Shown piece after piece: positions 1-8,939 of a DNA stretch of 64,000 nt. A model generated the notes under the pieces. It did not search any database, was not told the DNA's origin, and was given only the letters and a program-made list of their open reading frames with translations. Made by a program: the position numbers and the translations under genes. Every line of letters starts with the position of its first letter. Position 1 is the first letter of the stretch. This DNA is from Capsulimonadaceae bacterium. GTDB lineage: Bacteria > Armatimonadota > Armatimonadia > Armatimonadales > Capsulimonadaceae. The stretch lies in the NCBI GenBank assembly GCA_965215505.1, contig OZ244065.1, forward strand, positions 5,312,001 to 5,376,000, read 5' to 3'.

Positions 1-416
1 ACCGTCAGCATCCCTTCCAAAACCTGCGCCGGCGGCTGGACATGGACCACCCTGGCCTTCTCCGACCACGGCCCGAAGCCTTCCACGTCCCGGCGCTCGC
101 GGACCGCGATGGACAGGTCTTGATGCCACACCACGTTCCAGTTCGCCTCCGGCGTCTTGTCGAACAGGATGCCGCGCACCGGAAAACAGCCCAGCCCCAG
201 GACGGGGGCGACAAGCGCGTACACTTCGGGCGCGTCCGCCAAAGCCGCCACTTCCGGCACGTCTTCCAGCAAGTTGCGAAGGGCATAGACGCTCCCCCGC
301 CGCTGCGAACCCGCCCCGTCGTTCGCCCTACCAACGGCGGCAATCAGCGCGGCGACTTTAGCGTCGTCCAAGACCTCCGGCACGACGGCAAAGCCGTCGC
401 ATCCCAACCTTTCCAT
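1..416 (-). CDS. Phytanoyl-CoA dioxygenase (PhyH)-family 2OG-Fe(II) oxygenase, N-terminal part (runs off window edge; missing from ORF track)
   Basis: Manual translation from ATG 416: MERLGCDGFAVVPEVLDD...VRGILFDKTPEANWNVVWHQDLSIAV...PWSEKARVVHVQPP; GFxxxxxVL start and WHQD (HxD) iron motif. Confidence 0.75.
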   Translation of the reverse strand, partial: MERLGCDGFAVVPEVLDDAKVAALIAAVGRANDGAGSQRRGSVYALRNLLEDVPEVAALADAPEVYALVAPVLGLGCFPVRGILFDKTPEANWNVVWHQDLSIAVRERRDVEGFGPWSEKARVVHVQPPAQVLEGMLT

Positions 417-538
417 TACTGGTCCGCTTCCCTCCGTTGTGGTTTTGCCCCTGCGCCCCCTTCTGATGCCCGCGAAGGCGGGGATTTGCACTACTGAAGC
501 ACGGGGGTTCAGTCCCGTGTTCCGAGCCGGGGAGCGCC

Positions 539-748
539 CTAATCGCTTCTTGTGCGCTTCTGCCGGATCTCCGCTACCGCTTGCTCGAATGGGATGAACT
601 CCTCTTCGGATGCTTTCGCCTCATCGTAGGCTCGAATGTCGTCAAGTTCTTCCAGGGCATCAAGCATCTCCTCGAACTGCTTCAACCCGAGAAGAACGCC
701 GACACGGTTGCCCTCTCGGTCGGTCACATACTGCTGGTGTAGGGCCAT
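539..748 (-). CDS. Small antitoxin-like protein (Phd/RelB-like), no cognate toxin adjacent
   Basis: MALHQQYVTDREGNRVGVLLGLKQFEEMLDALEELDDIRAYDEAKASEEEFIPFEQA; typical 'D..G....V.L....YE.L...LEEL.D..AYD.AK....IP.E' pattern; the ORF track fuses it to the upstream frameshifted gene. Confidence 0.6.
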   Translation of the reverse strand: MALHQQYVTDREGNRVGVLLGLKQFEEMLDALEELDDIRAYDEAKASEEEFIPFEQAVAEIRQKRTRSD

Positions 749-770
749 CACATCTGCTTCCCTCTCAGGG

Positions 771-1111
771 CTACCCTCTATAGCCATCGAACTCCCACAG
801 CAGTTCCTTGTTGAGCCGCCCGGCGGTTTCCTGCCAGGATGGGCCGGCACACTGCGCCAGTACCTCGACAGGGCTTGCTCTACTTCCTCCCATGTGAACT
901 CCGGCAGCAGCAGATAACCACGCCCCCAATGCCTTCCGCGACATCTGGCGACGGCTTCCGGGGTGACGACCGTGAAGCCGAAAATGTCTGCGCCTTCCGT
1001 GTCACTGGGGCCAATTTCTGCCTCTAAGAAAACCAAGCAGTTCTTGGGGTTCGGTGGCAGTGTTCCAGGCTCCAAATCCGGGCTTGTGAGCCGCTTCAAC
1101 TCAGGAAACAC
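771..1111 (-). pseudogene. Imm8-like immunity protein, frameshifted (one base missing at ~863-864)
   Basis: N-part EIGPSDTEGADIFGFTVVTP..GRGYLL; C-part VLAQCAGPSWQETAGRLNKELLWEFDGYRG* lies in another frame ending at TAG 771-773. Confidence 0.65.
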
Positions 1112-1132
1112 GGCGATAACCCCTCCCGACCC

Positions 1133-2593
1133 TCACCCCCCAAACTCCCCCGGAGGCCGCTGCCGGTGCCAGTCCGTCAGTTTCTGGTAGGCGATCCCAA
1201 GCGACAGCAGCGTCGTCTCCTCATACGCCGCGCCCACAAACTGAAGCCCCAGCGGCAGGTGCCCCGGCCCGAACCCCATCGGGACACACAGCGCGGGCAG
1301 GCCGCACAGGTTGCCCATGCCGCTCAACCCCTGGTCGCTGCCGGCGAAGTAGTCGTCCAGCGAAACCGAGAGCGGCGGGGCCACCTGGAGATACCCCGGC
1401 GCGACTAGCGCGTCGTACCCGGCGAAGAACTTTGCCATCGCCTGCTGGGCCGCCGTGCGGATACGCAGGCTCCGGACATAGTCCACGCCGGGGATGACCA
1501 GCCCCGCCAGAAGGCCGGCCTGCTGCTCCTCGTCCACCAGCGTCGCCAGACGCGCCTTGTCCCGGATGACCGCCTCGAAGGCCGCCGCACCCTCCACGCT
1601 GATGATCGTCCCCGCCGCCTCGCTCATCGGGATGTTGGGGAGCGTGACGTCCGTGAGGATCGCGCCCAAGCCCGTCAGAATGCCCAGAGCGCCTTCAAAG
1701 GCCGTCTCGGTTTCTGGCTGCGCCTTGTGGCTCTGGTCGCCCTTGCGGTAGTCCGGCCGGACCACCCCGATCTTCATCCCCTTGACCGCCCGCAGCCGGC
1801 CCCGGCGGAACTTGCTGTCGTCCGACGTGGTCGCGTCGCGCGGGTCCGAGCCGGAGATCGCCTCCAGGATCGTGCCGCAGTCCTCGGCGGAACGGGCCAT
1901 CGGCCCGAGCTTGTCCATCGTGTAAGACAGCGCCATCGCCCCGTGCCGGCTGACCCGGCCGAACGTCGGACGCAGGCCGGACACGCCGCAGAAGGACGAC
2001 GGGCAGACGATGCTGCCCCACGTCTCCGACCCGATGGAGAACCCGACCAGACCCGCCGCCGTCGCCGCGCCCGGACCCGAGGACGAGCCGCCCGCCCAGT
2101 GGTCGGGGTTCCAGGGCGTCCGCCCCGCGCCCGTGGACGAGGCCGTCCCGTACCGGTAGCCCCCGCCGCCCGCAAGCTCCACCATGGACAGCTTGCCGAT
2201 CAACACCGCCCCCGCCGCCCGCAGGCGCTCCACGACATCCGCGTCATAGCTGAAGACCTGTCCCTTGTGGGCCGGGCTGCCCCACTCGGTCGGGTCGTTC
2301 GCCGTCGCCAGCAGGTCCTTGACCCCGAACGGGATGCCATGCAGCGGCCCGCCCAGCTTGCCCCCCTGAATTTCCTTGTCCGCCTGGGCGGCCTGCACCA
2401 AGGCCAGCGGGCGTGTCAGATGCGCCAGCGCGCCGAGCTTCGGTCCTAGTTTCTCCAGCCGGTCCAGGTACAACGTCGTCAGGTCCACCGACGACACCTG
2501 TTTCTTGCGGAGGGCCACGCCAAGCTCCGTCACCGTGGCGAAGACCAGGTTCGAGTCGCTCATCTTGGCGATGCCCGTCTGTTTCGTACTCAC
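1133..2593 (-). CDS. Amidase signature family protein (GatA-like)
   Basis: GPLHGIPFGVKDL, GGSSSG, GSETWGSIVCPS (Lys-cisSer-Ser triad). Confidence 0.9.
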   Translation of the reverse strand: MSTKQTGIAKMSDSNLVFATVTELGVALRKKQVSSVDLTTLYLDRLEKLGPKLGALAHLTRPLALVQAAQADKEIQGGKLGGPLHGIPFGVKDLLATANDPTEWGSPAHKGQVFSYDADVVERLRAAGAVLIGKLSMVELAGGGGYRYGTASSTGAGRTPWNPDHWAGGSSSGPGAATAAGLVGFSIGSETWGSIVCPSSFCGVSGLRPTFGRVSRHGAMALSYTMDKLGPMARSAEDCGTILEAISGSDPRDATTSDDSKFRRGRLRAVKGMKIGVVRPDYRKGDQSHKAQPETETAFEGALGILTGLGAILTDVTLPNIPMSEAAGTIISVEGAAAFEAVIRDKARLATLVDEEQQAGLLAGLVIPGVDYVRSLRIRTAAQQAMAKFFAGYDALVAPGYLQVAPPLSVSLDDYFAGSDQGLSGMGNLCGLPALCVPMGFGPGHLPLGLQFVGAAYEETTLLSLGIAYQKLTDWHRQRPPGEFGG

Positions 2594-2976
2594 TTGGCTT
2601 CCTCCTTTCGCGGCGGCGCGGCGGCGGCGAAGGCCGGGCCGGTGTCGTCGGGCAGGACATAGGCGCGCGCCTTGGCGAACCCGCCCGGATAGTCCTTAAG
2701 TTGCAGCGCGACCTCCTTCGCCTGGGCGTCCGAAAGTGCATAGCCGGCGTTGACCGGCACGAGTTGGGTCAGCAAATCGCCTTCATTCATGGGTTTCGCA
2801 TCTATGGGTGTCGTCGGGAGGGGTGGGGGGGCGGCGGGAAGCGGGTCAACGGCCTGCGCCGAAGCGGCGGAAGCCAGGCCGGTCGAGAGCAGCGAGGGCA
2901 GGAGCAGCACGCCCGCCGCCCCGGTCAGCGCCTGCCGCGCCAGGTCGCGGCGTGTCAGTGGTTGATTGGTGGTCAT
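2590..2976 (-). CDS. Small Tat-signal protein coupled to the amidase (GatC-like partner?)
   Basis: MTTNQPLTRRDLARQALTGAAGVLLL twin-arginine motif; 4-nt overlap with amidase start. Confidence 0.6.
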   Translation of the reverse strand: MTTNQPLTRRDLARQALTGAAGVLLLPSLLSTGLASAASAQAVDPLPAAPPPLPTTPIDAKPMNEGDLLTQLVPVNAGYALSDAQAKEVALQLKDYPGGFAKARAYVLPDDTGPAFAAAAPPRKEEAK

Positions 2977-3031
2977 ACGGCGGCAGTTCGACAGTGGCCG
3001 ACAAAAATCCTGCCGGGTTTCGAGGATGGCA

Positions 3032-3691
3032 TCAGTCCGGGGCCAGCGCGAACTCGATGCCGTAAGGCGCTTCAAACCCCGTCCCGAGCGCCCGAGGCTC
3101 CGGCGCGGGCAGCAGGACGGACAGCAGGTGCGGGTCGTCCTTGTCGGCAACCGCCGCGTACTGCGGCGGCCGGACGAACGCGCGCGGCTTCATCGTCAGC
3201 AGGCCGCCCACGAGGCTGGTATGGACACTCCCTGTCACATAGTGGAAGCCGCGCGGGACCTTCAGCCGGAACGAGAACCCCGGTGCCAGGAAGTCCGGGC
3301 GGAAGTGGACAGTGGGTTTGGCCGCGACCGCCGATGTCCCCGGAGGCGGCAGCAGCCGGAGCGTCACCGAATCGCAGGTCAGGTCCGGGGCCTGGAACAC
3401 GGCCTCGGAGCTTAAGAACTTGATGACCATGACCCTCGGCCCGCCGCTCGTCGCGGGCGCATACGTCAGCGTCTCCTGGCTCGCCGTCAGGACCGGCTTG
3501 AACGCCGGCTGGACCAGGCCCTGTGCTGCCGTCAGCCGGTACGTCACCCTGCCGCCGTCCGCGCTGTCCGCCCGGCTCTCCAGCTCGACGTGCCAGCTCC
3601 CCTCTTTGGTGCCGGTCTGAGCCGACGCAGCAGAAACAAACGCCAGGGCGAGCGGCACACAGGTCAGTGCCGACAAGTGAATTCTAATCAT
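3032..3691 (-). CDS. Hypothetical secreted protein
   Basis: ATG 3691 overlaps the VOC stop (ATGA); signal peptide MIRIHLSALTCVPLALAFVSAASA-Q. Confidence 0.6.
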   Translation of the reverse strand: MIRIHLSALTCVPLALAFVSAASAQTGTKEGSWHVELESRADSADGGRVTYRLTAAQGLVQPAFKPVLTASQETLTYAPATSGGPRVMVIKFLSSEAVFQAPDLTCDSVTLRLLPPPGTSAVAAKPTVHFRPDFLAPGFSFRLKVPRGFHYVTGSVHTSLVGGLLTMKPRAFVRPPQYAAVADKDDPHLLSVLLPAPEPRALGTGFEAPYGIEFALAPD

Positions 3692-4200
3692 CGGAGCAGC
3701 CCTTCCAGATCGAGCCGCCGCGTGTACATCGCCAGGCCCCCATCGGCGGCGCGCGGCCAATCTTCGCGCGGCCTGTCCCAGTACAGTTCCACGCCGTTGT
3801 CGTCCGGATCGCGCAAATACAGCGCCTCGCTGACGCCGTGATCGCTCGCGCCCTCCAGCGGGATGCCCACCGCGATCAGCCGGCGCAGGGCGTCGGCCAG
3901 CGCGGCCCGCGTCGGGTACAGCAGCGCGACATGGTACAGCCCCGTCGCACCCGGCGGCGGCGGGCCGCCCCCCAGGCTCTCCCAGGTGTTCAGGCCGATG
4001 TGGTGGTGGTAGCCGCCCGCCGACAGGAAGGCCGCGCTGTCGCCGAATCGCAGCGTTACCTCCAGCCCTAGAACGCCCTGATAAAAGTCCAGCGCCCGCG
4101 TAAGGTCCGCGACCTTGAGGTGGACATGTCCTATCCGTACCCCTCCGTCAATCGTGTCTTCCGTCTTTTCCATGGCTGTCATTGCCGCCTCACGCCCCAT
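3688..4200 (-). CDS. VOC/glyoxalase family protein (catechol 2,3-dioxygenase CatE-like)
   Basis: IGHVHLKVADL, GGYHHHIGLNTW, GLYHVALLYP, DHGVSEALYLRDPDDNGVELY. Confidence 0.9.
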   Translation of the reverse strand: MGREAAMTAMEKTEDTIDGGVRIGHVHLKVADLTRALDFYQGVLGLEVTLRFGDSAAFLSAGGYHHHIGLNTWESLGGGPPPPGATGLYHVALLYPTRAALADALRRLIAVGIPLEGASDHGVSEALYLRDPDDNGVELYWDRPREDWPRAADGGLAMYTRRLDLEGLLR

Positions 4201-4483
4201 ACACCGGGCTGGGGATGATCTCCAGAACGTCGCCCGCGTCGGCGCTGGCCAGACGGGCGCGGGCGAAACGGTCCTCCAGCGTCAGGCGCTCCTCGTCGTC
4301 GTCCCACTCCGCCTCCGCCGACTCCACCGCCGCCTGCATCGCCGCGCGCTCGGTGGCATAGGCCGCCGCCGTCAGGCTGCCACCCTGGTAGACCACCAGG
4401 AGGAACACGCCTTCCTCGGCCCGCGCCTTCGGGATGGCCCCCAGGCCGAACCCGGTAAAACCCTGCCGCTCTTCTTTTGCCAT
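4190..4483 (-). CDS. Hypothetical acidic protein
   Basis: ORF MAKEERQGF...; TATAAT 6 nt upstream of ATG; overlaps the next gene. Confidence 0.55.
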   Translation of the reverse strand: MAKEERQGFTGFGLGAIPKARAEEGVFLLVVYQGGSLTAAAYATERAAMQAAVESAEAEWDDDEERLTLEDRFARARLASADAGDVLEIIPSPVYGA

Positions 4484-4526
4484 GCCCCGATTATACCCGT
4501 TCGCCCGGTTCGTGGGAGCGATCACA

Positions 4527-4831
4527 TCATGCGGTGGCCTCAGTAAGCTGTGCCTGCTCCTGCCGAGCCTGTGCTGCCGCCCCGGCGCGGGCGACGGCGA
4601 GCCTCATCCCCAACGTATGCAGGATGTCCTCCAGTGTCTTGATGCGCGGATTGCCCTGCTTGGAAAGCGACTTGTACAGACTTTCGCGGCCTCGTTGGCT
4701 CTCCTCGGCCACTTTCTGTATGCCGCCCTGAGCAATGGCGACCGCGCGCAGCGCATACAAAAACTCCTCGATCCGCCGTCTTCTAGTGCCGCTTGCACAT
4801 GGGCGACCGCGAATTCTGCGTCCTGCAACAT
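4527..4831 (-). pseudogene. Addiction-module antidote (HigA/HI1420-like HTH), frameshifted at ~4773, toxin absent
   Basis: MLQDAEFAVAHVQAALEDGG | IEEFLYALRAVAIAQGGIQKVAEESQRGRESLYKSLSKQGNPRIKTL split over two frames. Confidence 0.75.
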
Positions 4832-4896
4832 CTCATGCAGGTGATCCTCAAACCGGCGTAATCTCCTCTCTTACGTCACCCCACAAGTACTGAACG

Positions 4897-7476
4897 TCAC
4901 CCGCCGCACACGACCGCCACCAGCAGGCACATGTCGTCGCGGGCCACCGCCGGGGCGAACCCGTTCACCCCCGCGATCAGGTCCCGCGTCAGCGCCTCGG
5001 CCATCCCCTGTGCGTCCCCGGCCGCGACGGGCCGTGCCAGCAGGGCCGCCACGCCTTCCACCCCCAGCATGTCCGTCCGTGAGGCCCCCACCTCCGTCAG
5101 ACCGTCCGTGAACATCGCCAGCGCGTCCCCAGGCCCGAGCGACACCGTCTGCTCCGCGAAGACCGCCCCCTCGAACGACCCCAGGACCGGCCCCGTGGGC
5201 CGCAGCTCCTCCACCCGGCCCGACCCCGCCCGGCGCACCAGGGCAGGCTCCTGGCCGCAGTTGACGTACCGGAGGAGCCGCGCCGCCCCGTCGTAGATGC
5301 CGACGAAGAGGGTACTGAAGCCCGTCAGCAGGTCGTTCTCGGCCAGAACACGGTTCAGCTCCGTCACGGCCTCGCCCGCCGTGGGCCGCGAGTACAGGAA
5401 GGCGCGCAGCATGTTCCGGACGACCGAGACCTGCGCCGCCGCCGCCAGCCCCTTGCCGGAAAGGTCCCCCACGACCAGGACGGTGCAGCCCTTCTCCACG
5501 GCATAAACGTCGTAGAAGTCGCCTCCGACGCCCGCCTCCGCCAGCGCCGCCTCGTAATACCGATCCACCGCCAGGCCGGCCACCGCTCCGGGGAGGCCCG
5601 GCTGGAGGGCGGCCTGGAGCTGCTGGGCGATGTTGTGTTCGCGCTGCACGGCACGCGCCATCTCCACCGCCGTGCGGAGCTGAGTCGCCACCGCCTCGAC
5701 CAGCGCCACCTCCCCCTCCGTCCATTCGCGCGGGTCGTCGGCCATCGCCGCCGTCAGCGTCGCCACCCGGCCCTCCCCGTCCGCCAGAGCCACCGAGACG
5801 CGCGCGCGCAGCCCCAGCCTCTCCATGTTGACCCTGGTCGGGGCCGACAGCGGGGCCGCGCGCGCGTCCCCGATGACCGAGGTGGCCCCGCCCCGGTACA
5901 ATTCGTGGAACATCTCGGCCGTGTTCGGGAAGGGGTGAGCGCCCCGGATGGAGGCCAGCCCCGCGCGGTGGCTGTCGCGGGCGACGGTGACGACGCCGCG
6001 TTCCAGGTCATACAGGGCCAGGTAGCAGCGGTCCGCCCCCAGCGCCTCCCCCAGCAGGCGGACCGCGGCTTCCTGGACGGCCTCGGGCGTGGTGGCGCTG
6101 CGGATGGTCTGGCCGATGCGGTTGAGGACCGACTCCCGCTCGGCCCGCGCCCGCTGCTCCGCCAGCAGACGCTCGCGCTCCGCCTCGGCCCGCTTGCGCG
6201 CGGTGACATCCTGGTAGAACACGGAGAGGCCCTCCGGCGACGGGTAGGCCCGCACCTCCACCCAGATGTCCAGCGGCGGGTAGAACTCCTCGAAGGTGAC
6301 GGTTTCCCCGCCATCCACGGCGCGGCGGAACTCGCGCTCGAACCTGGAGCCGACGACGGCAGGGAACTCGTCCCATAAACTCCGGCCCAGCAGGCCCTCC
6401 CGCTCCCGACCCATAACCCGCTCGGACTGGTCGTTCAGGTAGGTGAAGCGCCAGTCGGCGTCGAGTGCCAGGAACGCATCGGTGATGCTCTCCAGGATGC
6501 GCGCCGTGCGCTCGTGGGCCTCGCGCCGTTCCTCCGCCTCGCGCGCTCGGGCGCGCTGCTGGCGCAGCACCTCGACGGTGAGCCAGGTCCTGTCTACCAC
6601 CGTCTGGAGCAGCTCCACCTCCTCGGGCGTCCAGTGCCGGGGCGCGCTGCTGTGTACCCCGATGCAGGAAACCAGCCGGTCCGAATGCACGACCGGCACC
6701 GAGGCGTGGGCGCGGATGCCGACCGCATCGTAGGCCGCCACGCTCGCCTCGGGCACCTGAGCGCGGTCCACATGCACGTCGTCCACCGCGACCGGGCGCC
6801 CCGCCCCGTAGGCCGCGACGACGACCTCCCCGAACGCCGAGAGCGCGAAGACGCCCGCCATGCTCGCCACCGAGTCGTCGGCGCGGTAGTCAGGCCGCGC
6901 CGTACAGACGTCGGCCTCGATGTCAATGTCCACGAAGACGCAGCGGGACACCCCCAGAAACCGGCCGACCGAATCCACGGCGTCGGCGATCACCACGTCC
7001 GGGTCCGTCAGGCCGCGCGCCCGCTCGGCGAGTTCGGCCAGGAACCGCTCGCGCCGCCCGCGCTCGGCCCGCTCGGTGATGTCCTGGAAGAAGACGAGCA
7101 GGCCCTCGCTGGATGGGTAGGCGCGCACGTCGAACCATGCCCCCAGCGGCGCGTAGAACTGCTCGAACCAGACTGCAACCCGCTCGGCGATGGCGCGGCG
7201 ATACTCCCGGTCCGACACGGTGCCGACGGTTTCGGGGAACGCCTCCCAGACACTGCTTCCCAGCAGCTCCGCGCGCGTCCGCGCCAGCATCCGTGCGGCC
7301 TGGTCGTTGAGATAGGTGAAGCGCCATTCGCCGTCAAGCGTGACGAACGCCTCCGTAATGCTGTCCAATATCTCGGCGGCGCGCAGCCGGGGCAGGCCAT
7401 CGGAGGAGACGGGCGGCGGGGGGGTGTTCGAGGGCAGTGAGTCGCTTTGTGCGGCGTTTCCAGCGTCAGACGCCAT
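4897..7476 (-). CDS. PAS-GAF-PAS-GAF-SpoIIE/PP2C serine phosphatase (RsbU/RsbP-like)
   Basis: Two PAS repeats (ILxSITxAFxxLDxxWRFTYLN), two GAF regions, PP2C motifs GGDFYD, GDLSGKG, FTDGLTE, RDD. Confidence 0.9.
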   Translation of the reverse strand: MASDAGNAAQSDSLPSNTPPPPVSSDGLPRLRAAEILDSITEAFVTLDGEWRFTYLNDQAARMLARTRAELLGSSVWEAFPETVGTVSDREYRRAIAERVAVWFEQFYAPLGAWFDVRAYPSSEGLLVFFQDITERAERGRRERFLAELAERARGLTDPDVVIADAVDSVGRFLGVSRCVFVDIDIEADVCTARPDYRADDSVASMAGVFALSAFGEVVVAAYGAGRPVAVDDVHVDRAQVPEASVAAYDAVGIRAHASVPVVHSDRLVSCIGVHSSAPRHWTPEEVELLQTVVDRTWLTVEVLRQQRARAREAEERREAHERTARILESITDAFLALDADWRFTYLNDQSERVMGREREGLLGRSLWDEFPAVVGSRFEREFRRAVDGGETVTFEEFYPPLDIWVEVRAYPSPEGLSVFYQDVTARKRAEAERERLLAEQRARAERESVLNRIGQTIRSATTPEAVQEAAVRLLGEALGADRCYLALYDLERGVVTVARDSHRAGLASIRGAHPFPNTAEMFHELYRGGATSVIGDARAAPLSAPTRVNMERLGLRARVSVALADGEGRVATLTAAMADDPREWTEGEVALVEAVATQLRTAVEMARAVQREHNIAQQLQAALQPGLPGAVAGLAVDRYYEAALAEAGVGGDFYDVYAVEKGCTVLVVGDLSGKGLAAAAQVSVVRNMLRAFLYSRPTAGEAVTELNRVLAENDLLTGFSTLFVGIYDGAARLLRYVNCGQEPALVRRAGSGRVEELRPTGPVLGSFEGAVFAEQTVSLGPGDALAMFTDGLTEVGASRTDMLGVEGVAALLARPVAAGDAQGMAEALTRDLIAGVNGFAPAVARDDMCLLVAVVCGG

Positions 7477-7526
7477 AATGCAGGTTTCCTAACAATTTCG
7501 TCCGGCGGTGCGTCTCGGCGGCGGTC

Positions 7527-8831
7527 TCACCAGTTCGGGGCGGGCGCAGCCCGGTCCTGCTCCATCACCACCGTCGTTCCCGCCCCGCCCGTCAGCAGGT
7601 GGACCCGGTCAACGGTCTTCAGGATCATCTTAAACCCGTGCCCCATCGTCCCCGCCGTCGTGTAGCCGCGCCGTAAGGTGGCGTTCGGCAGGTTCTCCAC
7701 GGCAATGCCCGCGCCCGCGTCCTCCACCCGCACCTGCACCGTGCCGCCCCCGTGCGTGAAGACGTGGCCGACCCCCGTGCCCGCGTGGACGACGGCGTTC
7801 ATCGCCGCCTCCCCGGCCGCCGTTTCCAGGTCGTAGCGGCGCTCGTCGGGCAGGCCCGCCGCCACCGACGCGCCCAAGGTCTGCCGCCGCAGCTCCCGGA
7901 TGCCTCCGGTCTTGGACAGCGGGATGGGGCCGGCGAACGGAGTCAGGGGCGGCGGGAGGTCGGCCCCCGAGGCGCACAGCGTCAGCCGACCCTCGGTGAC
8001 GCTCGCGAACATGTCGCGCAGCAGGGCGTGCTGGCGCGCGACGTTCTGCCGCAGGGCCTCCTCCGCCTCCCGCTGCTCCGTGATGTCGGTCTGCACCCCG
8101 ATGAAGTGGGTGATCGTCCCGGCAGCGTCACGCACGGGCGAGAGCGCAAGCGCGTTCCAGAACGGGGTGCCGTCCTTGCGATAGTTCTTCAGGACGACCC
8201 GGAAGTCCCGGCCCTCCCGCAGACCGTCCCGCACCTGCTGGACATACCTGCCGTCCGTGTCCGCACCCTGAAGGAAACGGCAGTTGCGCCCGATCGCCTC
8301 TTCAGGCGGGTAGCCGGTCATGGACGTGAAGGCGGGGTTGACGTAGATGATGGGGCAATCGGCATGGCGCGCGTCGGCGATCACGATGCCGTTGGAGGAG
8401 GCGGCGATGGCCCGGTCACGCAGGCGCAGCTCTTCCTGCGCCCGCCGGATCTGCTCCTGAGACTGGTGGAAGCGCAGGACGCTCCGCAGGCAGCGGTCGA
8501 GGAGGCGGGGAGTCAGGTCCCCTTTGGGCAGATAGTCGGTCGCCCCCGCCCGGACCGCCTCCTGGCCCTCGTCGCCCGTCAGGAGAATGACCGGCGTGGT
8601 CACGCCCGCCCCACGGATTTCCCGCAGGCAGCCCAGGCCGCCGGCGTCCGGCAGGTCATCGCCCAGAAGTATACAGTCGAACGCCTGCGACTGGACAGCC
8701 TCCGTGGCCCCGGAACAGCTCCCCGCCTCCTGGACCGCCGCACCGGCATGGTGCTGAAGCACGGCCTGCCTCACCGCGCCGCGTTCCAGGGCGTCGCCGC
8801 CCGCGATTAGGATTCTGAGTGCGTCTTGCAT
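7527..8831 (-). CDS. Degenerate receiver - LOV photosensor - RsbT/anti-sigma-type Ser kinase (HATPase_c) fusion
   Basis: LOV signature GRNCRFLQG and NYRKDGTPFWN; C-terminal EAAMNAVVHA, EDAGAGI, GYTTAGTMGHG; start ATG 8831 (MQDALRILI). Confidence 0.85.
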   Translation of the reverse strand: MQDALRILIAGGDALERGAVRQAVLQHHAGAAVQEAGSCSGATEAVQSQAFDCILLGDDLPDAGGLGCLREIRGAGVTTPVILLTGDEGQEAVRAGATDYLPKGDLTPRLLDRCLRSVLRFHQSQEQIRRAQEELRLRDRAIAASSNGIVIADARHADCPIIYVNPAFTSMTGYPPEEAIGRNCRFLQGADTDGRYVQQVRDGLREGRDFRVVLKNYRKDGTPFWNALALSPVRDAAGTITHFIGVQTDITEQREAEEALRQNVARQHALLRDMFASVTEGRLTLCASGADLPPPLTPFAGPIPLSKTGGIRELRRQTLGASVAAGLPDERRYDLETAAGEAAMNAVVHAGTGVGHVFTHGGGTVQVRVEDAGAGIAVENLPNATLRRGYTTAGTMGHGFKMILKTVDRVHLLTGGAGTTVVMEQDRAAPAPNW

Positions 8832-8939
8832 GTCGGGGTCGCCAGCCGGCTCCAAAGAACGTATCTCCAGATATTCCCGACTCCCGGCGGTTATAATCCG
8901 TGGCGATGCGCGCCTCCCTCCGGGGCAGCTTCCCACGGC

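Noticed and set aside
465-535. Imperfect palindromes (CCCGCGAAGGCGGG; CACGGGGGTTCAGTCCCGTG) and a similar GC-rich stretch at ~25910-25960 as ncRNA
   Set aside because: Single imperfect copies with no promoter; probably degenerate REP-like or terminator elements that cannot be supported further from this window.
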